Shown here one piece after another: positions 57,433-64,000 of a DNA stretch of 64,000 bases. The DNA lies in assembly GCA_016711215.1 (NCBI GenBank), contig JADJTL010000001.1:1144067-1208066 (forward strand). The letters are read 5' to 3'. Under the pieces are notes generated by a model that ran no database searches, was not told the DNA's origin, and saw nothing but the letters and a program-made list of their open reading frames with translations. Origin of the DNA: Pseudomonadota bacterium (GTDB taxonomy: Bacteria; Myxococcota_A; Polyangia; GCA-2747355). Position 1 is the stretch's first letter; each line of letters starts with the position of its first letter. The translations under genes were made by a program, and so were the position numbers.

Positions 57433-58719
57433 ATGGCCACGGCACGCTGCCTCTGCGCCGAGCTCGGTCCCGAGCGCCTGGCCCAGGGGGAGGCCTTCGT
57501 CTGTGGGCGCGTGTTGGGCGTCGATCCTGCGCGGCGTGAGCTGATCGTCGTCGACCGCTCAGGTCGGGCCTGCGTCGCCTTACCGGAGCCCTTGCCGCTG
57601 CCGAGCCCGGGGGACATCGCGCGCCTCGAGCTGGGCCCCGCGTGGCCGGCCTGCGCCGCCGCTCTTCAGGTGCTGACGCCCTATCGTCGCGCCGAGCCCT
57701 TTCCCTCGCCCGGCGCGGATTACTATCGGCTGAACGCGGGCACCAGCAGCCGCGCGGAGCGGCTTCGCTTGCGCGCGCGTTTGTTGGCCGCCGTGCGCGG
57801 GTTCTTCGACGCAAGGGGCTTCGTCGAGATTCAGAGCCCGCAGCGCGTCGCCTGTCCGGGGCTAGAGCCGCAGCTCCTGGCCGAGCCGGCGGGGGAGGGG
57901 TTCTTGATCACCTCCCCCGAGTATCAGCTCAAGCGCCTGTTGGTCGCCGGTTTCGAGCAAATCTACTTTCTCGGCGGCTGCTGGCGCGCCGACGAACGCG
58001 GACCGCTGCACCTCAATGAGCTCTGCATGCTCGAGTGGTACCAGGCCTACGATGAGCTCGAGGCGCTGCTGCTGCTGACCGAGGCGCTGCTGCGCGCGGT
58101 GGCGCAGCAGGTCCTCGGCACGCTGCGACTGCGCTGGGGCGGTATGGAGGTCGATCTCGGACAGCCCTTCCGCCGCCTGAGCGTCACGCAGGCGCTGCGC
58201 GAGCTCGCCGGGCTGCAGCTCCGCGGGCCGCTCGACGATCCGCGGATGCTGCGTGAGGCCGCGCTGGCGGCGGGTATCGGCCCCTTCGCTGCCGACGCCG
58301 ACTACGACGAGGTCTTCTCGCGCATCGTCCTCGAGCGCATCGAGCCAGCCCTGGCGACGATGGGCGCCGTCTTCTTCACCGACTTCCCGGCCCCGCTCGC
58401 CGCGCTGGCCCGCCGCCACCCGCGCGATGCAGCGCTGGCGCGACGCTCTGAGCTCTATGTGGCGGGCGTCGAGCTGGCCAACGCCTTCGAGGAGCTCACC
58501 GATCCAGACGAGCAGCTCGCCCGACTCCGTGCTGATCAGGCGCTGCGCGCGCGCCGTGGGCTGCCCATCTACCCGATCGATCAACGCTTCATCGAGGCGC
58601 TGCGCGAAGGCATGCCACCGAGCAGCGGTATCGCCCTCGGCGTCGACCGCCTACTGCTGCTGCTGAGCGGCGCGAGCCACATCGACGAGACGGTGGCCTT
58701 CGCCACCCCTGAGCTTTGA
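57433..58719 (+). CDS. epmA: EF-P lysine aminoacylase EpmA (GenX/PoxA, lysyl-tRNA-synthetase-like) with N-terminal extension
   Basis: Class II aaRS-like core (FVEIQSP, ELCMLEWYQAY, GIALGVDRLLLLL); directly downstream of efp. Confidence 0.75.
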   Translation: MATARCLCAELGPERLAQGEAFVCGRVLGVDPARRELIVVDRSGRACVALPEPLPLPSPGDIARLELGPAWPACAAALQVLTPYRRAEPFPSPGADYYRLNAGTSSRAERLRLRARLLAAVRGFFDARGFVEIQSPQRVACPGLEPQLLAEPAGEGFLITSPEYQLKRLLVAGFEQIYFLGGCWRADERGPLHLNELCMLEWYQAYDELEALLLLTEALLRAVAQQVLGTLRLRWGGMEVDLGQPFRRLSVTQALRELAGLQLRGPLDDPRMLREAALAAGIGPFAADADYDEVFSRIVLERIEPALATMGAVFFTDFPAPLAALARRHPRDAALARRSELYVAGVELANAFEELTDPDEQLARLRADQALRARRGLPIYPIDQRFIEALREGMPPSSGIALGVDRLLLLLSGASHIDETVAFATPEL

Positions 58720-58789
58720 GGGCGCTGACCGAGGCGTCTTCGCTCCGGATCGCCTGCGGCAGCGAAGGGCCAAGCCGTTGGCGGCGCGG

Positions 58790-58835
58790 ATGTTGCATTG
58801 CGATTGCAAGATGTTGCAATTATTCTCTCGGATGG
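58790..58835 (+). promoter_or_regulatory. AT-richer segment with repeated/palindromic TTGCA(A) motifs upstream of the hypothetical gene
   Basis: ttgcattgcgattgcaagatgttgcaattattc seen in sequence; markedly lower GC than surroundings. Confidence 0.25.
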
Positions 58836-58882
58836 TGGCCCAGGGCAGAATCCCCTCTCGTTTTCAGCGAGCAGCGTCGGCG

Positions 58883-60304
58883 ATGCAAGCGACAACAAGA
58901 GCGACCGGGCAAACGACAGGGCGGCGAAGACTGCTGGCGGCGCTGGTCGCAGCGCTCGTTGCACCCCAGTTGCCATCGCTTGGCGCCAACCGCGGGCCGC
59001 AGGGGCGGGCCTGGATCAGGCTGGCCGCGGCTCGGCCTCAACCCAGGGCGCGCCGCCTCTCCGCCGCGGCGTGGGCGATCGCGGAGCACGCGCCACAGAC
59101 CTTGGCACGGGCCAGATGGGCTTATGGCGTGGTCTGGATGGGAGATATCACGCCGGTGCAGCTCATGGCGCACGCGCTGCTGGAGAATGCCTACGCGACT
59201 GCGTCGACCGCTCCTGCGGCGGCCAAGCTCTATCCCTACGAGACCTTCCTGGCGTGGCGCCTTCGCGACCTCAGCCTGGTGGAAATCCTGCAAGTGCGGC
59301 GCGCGGTGAAGGCCGGGGCGAGGCAGTGGGCCGAAGCGGCAAGGATTCGGGGACCCAGAGCGAAGCCGGAGGGCAGGAGTGATCGGGGCAGCGAGGTGGA
59401 TGCGGTGGTCCGGACCCGTCGGCTGGCGCTGGAACTGACGCGTAGGGCGTGGCACGACGCGGCGAGCATGGAGCGCTTGCTGCGCGCATCGCTGCCGCCA
59501 CAGACCCTTCGAGCGCATGACGAGCCGTTGGCCGCGTCGCTCGCGACCGCCGCGGACTTGCGCCCTGGGGGAGCGAGGGTTGGGCTCCTCGGGGCGCTCG
59601 CCTGGAAGGTCGATACAGCCCGAAGATCGCTTATCCCCCCCGCGCTGCGTCCGAGGGAAATCGAGCGGTGGGTCGAGGCGCTGCATGGCGACCTGAAGCT
59701 GCGCGTTGGATTGGGCGACGGTTCAGCGGGCCCGGTCAGAGTGCTGGTCGGATCACTGAGCGAGGTGTCGTGCCCGACGCCTAATGTGAACGGCTCATAC
59801 GCCTTCACCACCGGCGAGGCGGAGACGATGCACCGATCGGCTGAGCGCCGGCGGCAGCTCGCTGAGGTTATGGTGGATACCTTGCTGCACGGGAGGTGTC
59901 CTCGCGAAGTTCTGCCCCGCGCGCGGGACGCGATAGTTCGTCTTGCTGGGCACTTTGAGAGGGATCTCAAGGAGGCTTTCCCGGGCGAGGGCGGCGCCCC
60001 TGACCTCACTGACGGCCAACCCGGCGTCGAAGCGCGCCTGCGCCGCGTCGAAGCGCGCCTGAGCACAGCCGTGCAGGCGCTGCCCGCTGACTTGCACGAG
60101 CTCCTCCGTCCTCTGGGCGAAGTGGCGACCGAAAGCGCTGGATCAGCAAATGGCGAGGCTTCGCCTGGGGAAGGGTGCTGGTCGCGGCTGGATCGCCATT
60201 GGACCGCCCTCGAGGCGCTGGTCGAGGCCCAGGATGACCTCGAGGCTTGGGCTGAGGTCGCCGCTGCCCTTGAACCGGAGCGACCCCGCCGCGTTCGCGA
60301 GTGA
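58883..60304 (+). CDS. Hypothetical secreted protein (possible Tat/Sec signal), atypical codon usage
   Basis: ORF track 508 aa with probable internal start MQATTRATGQTTGRRRLLAALVAALVAP; many A/T-ending codons (aca, aga, caa, gat, aat, gaa, ata, gtt, ctt, tca) unlike neighbouring genes; no recognisable domain. Confidence 0.5.
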   Translation: MQATTRATGQTTGRRRLLAALVAALVAPQLPSLGANRGPQGRAWIRLAAARPQPRARRLSAAAWAIAEHAPQTLARARWAYGVVWMGDITPVQLMAHALLENAYATASTAPAAAKLYPYETFLAWRLRDLSLVEILQVRRAVKAGARQWAEAARIRGPRAKPEGRSDRGSEVDAVVRTRRLALELTRRAWHDAASMERLLRASLPPQTLRAHDEPLAASLATAADLRPGGARVGLLGALAWKVDTARRSLIPPALRPREIERWVEALHGDLKLRVGLGDGSAGPVRVLVGSLSEVSCPTPNVNGSYAFTTGEAETMHRSAERRRQLAEVMVDTLLHGRCPREVLPRARDAIVRLAGHFERDLKEAFPGEGGAPDLTDGQPGVEARLRRVEARLSTAVQALPADLHELLRPLGEVATESAGSANGEASPGEGCWSRLDRHWTALEALVEAQDDLEAWAEVAAALEPERPRRVRE

Positions 60305-60383
60305 GCGGCCCGCGTTAGCCGCAGTCGGCGCGGGGCGCCCGCCCCCGACGGGGTCGACCAGATCAGTCGCGGGTGCGACCGGA

Positions 60384-62012
<1,629 letters not shown>

Positions 62013-62092
62013 GTGAGGATCCCCCGCCGGCCTTTTTAGCGCGAGGGAGGGTTTGACTCCAGTGGCACGGTGGCCTCCTCAGCGTCCCCTAA

Positions 62093-62137
62093 TCAGCGCG
62101 AGACGGGTCAGCTCAGCGCGAGACTGATCAGCGCGAG
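62093..62137. promoter_or_regulatory. Three direct copies of TCAGCGCGAG spaced 20 and 15 bp, upstream of fumarase (minus strand) and downstream of uvrA
   Basis: Direct reading: aatcagcgcgagacgggtcagctcagcgcgagactgatcagcgcgaggcgg. Confidence 0.3.
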
Positions 62138-62197
62138 GCGGCTGCTGTGCCCCAGGGCAAACTCGAAAATGAAGGGGCCTCGGCCGGCATCCTTCGC

Positions 62198-64000
<1,803 letters not shown>

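Overview
High-GC (roughly 70%) bacterial chromosomal segment with long, Arg/Ala-rich antisense ORFs typical of such genomes; gene content and lipoprotein abundance suggest a myxobacterium-like deltaproteobacterium (inference only). Most of the window is core metabolism and envelope genes. Main elements: a complete alternative complex III operon (actABCDEF, minus strand, 1-7522); a DAHP synthase; a three-gene operon of a ~15-heme c-type cytochrome with a split YeeE/YedE sulfur-transporter pair, the second half fused to a rhodanese-like domain that appears to lack the catalytic Cys (10655-15441); an ABC-2 exporter / SCO1 cluster interrupted by tRNA-Ser; rlmKL, udk, tRNA-Val; a seven-gene co-directional envelope cluster (TolC, MlaC-like, lipoprotein, GH5-like hydrolase, DsbD-like, glutaredoxin-like lipoprotein, beta-barrel OMP; 24451-32643); ygfZ, glpD, aspS, a Memo-like protein, a dual cNMP-binding protein, a CAP-domain lipoprotein, mtnP, a PfkB kinase, tsaE, tRNA-Arg, a RecD2-like helicase with an apparent frameshift, a GH77-like protein, ychF, efp-epmA, a compositionally atypical hypothetical secreted protein (58778-60304), class I fumarase and partial uvrA. 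No CRISPR array, integrase, transposase or recognisable defence system was found. The most plausible candidates for something undescribed are the cytochrome/YeeE/rhodanese-like module, the seven-gene envelope cluster, and the atypical hypothetical gene after epmA. All calls rest on reading the translations by eye; no database search was run.
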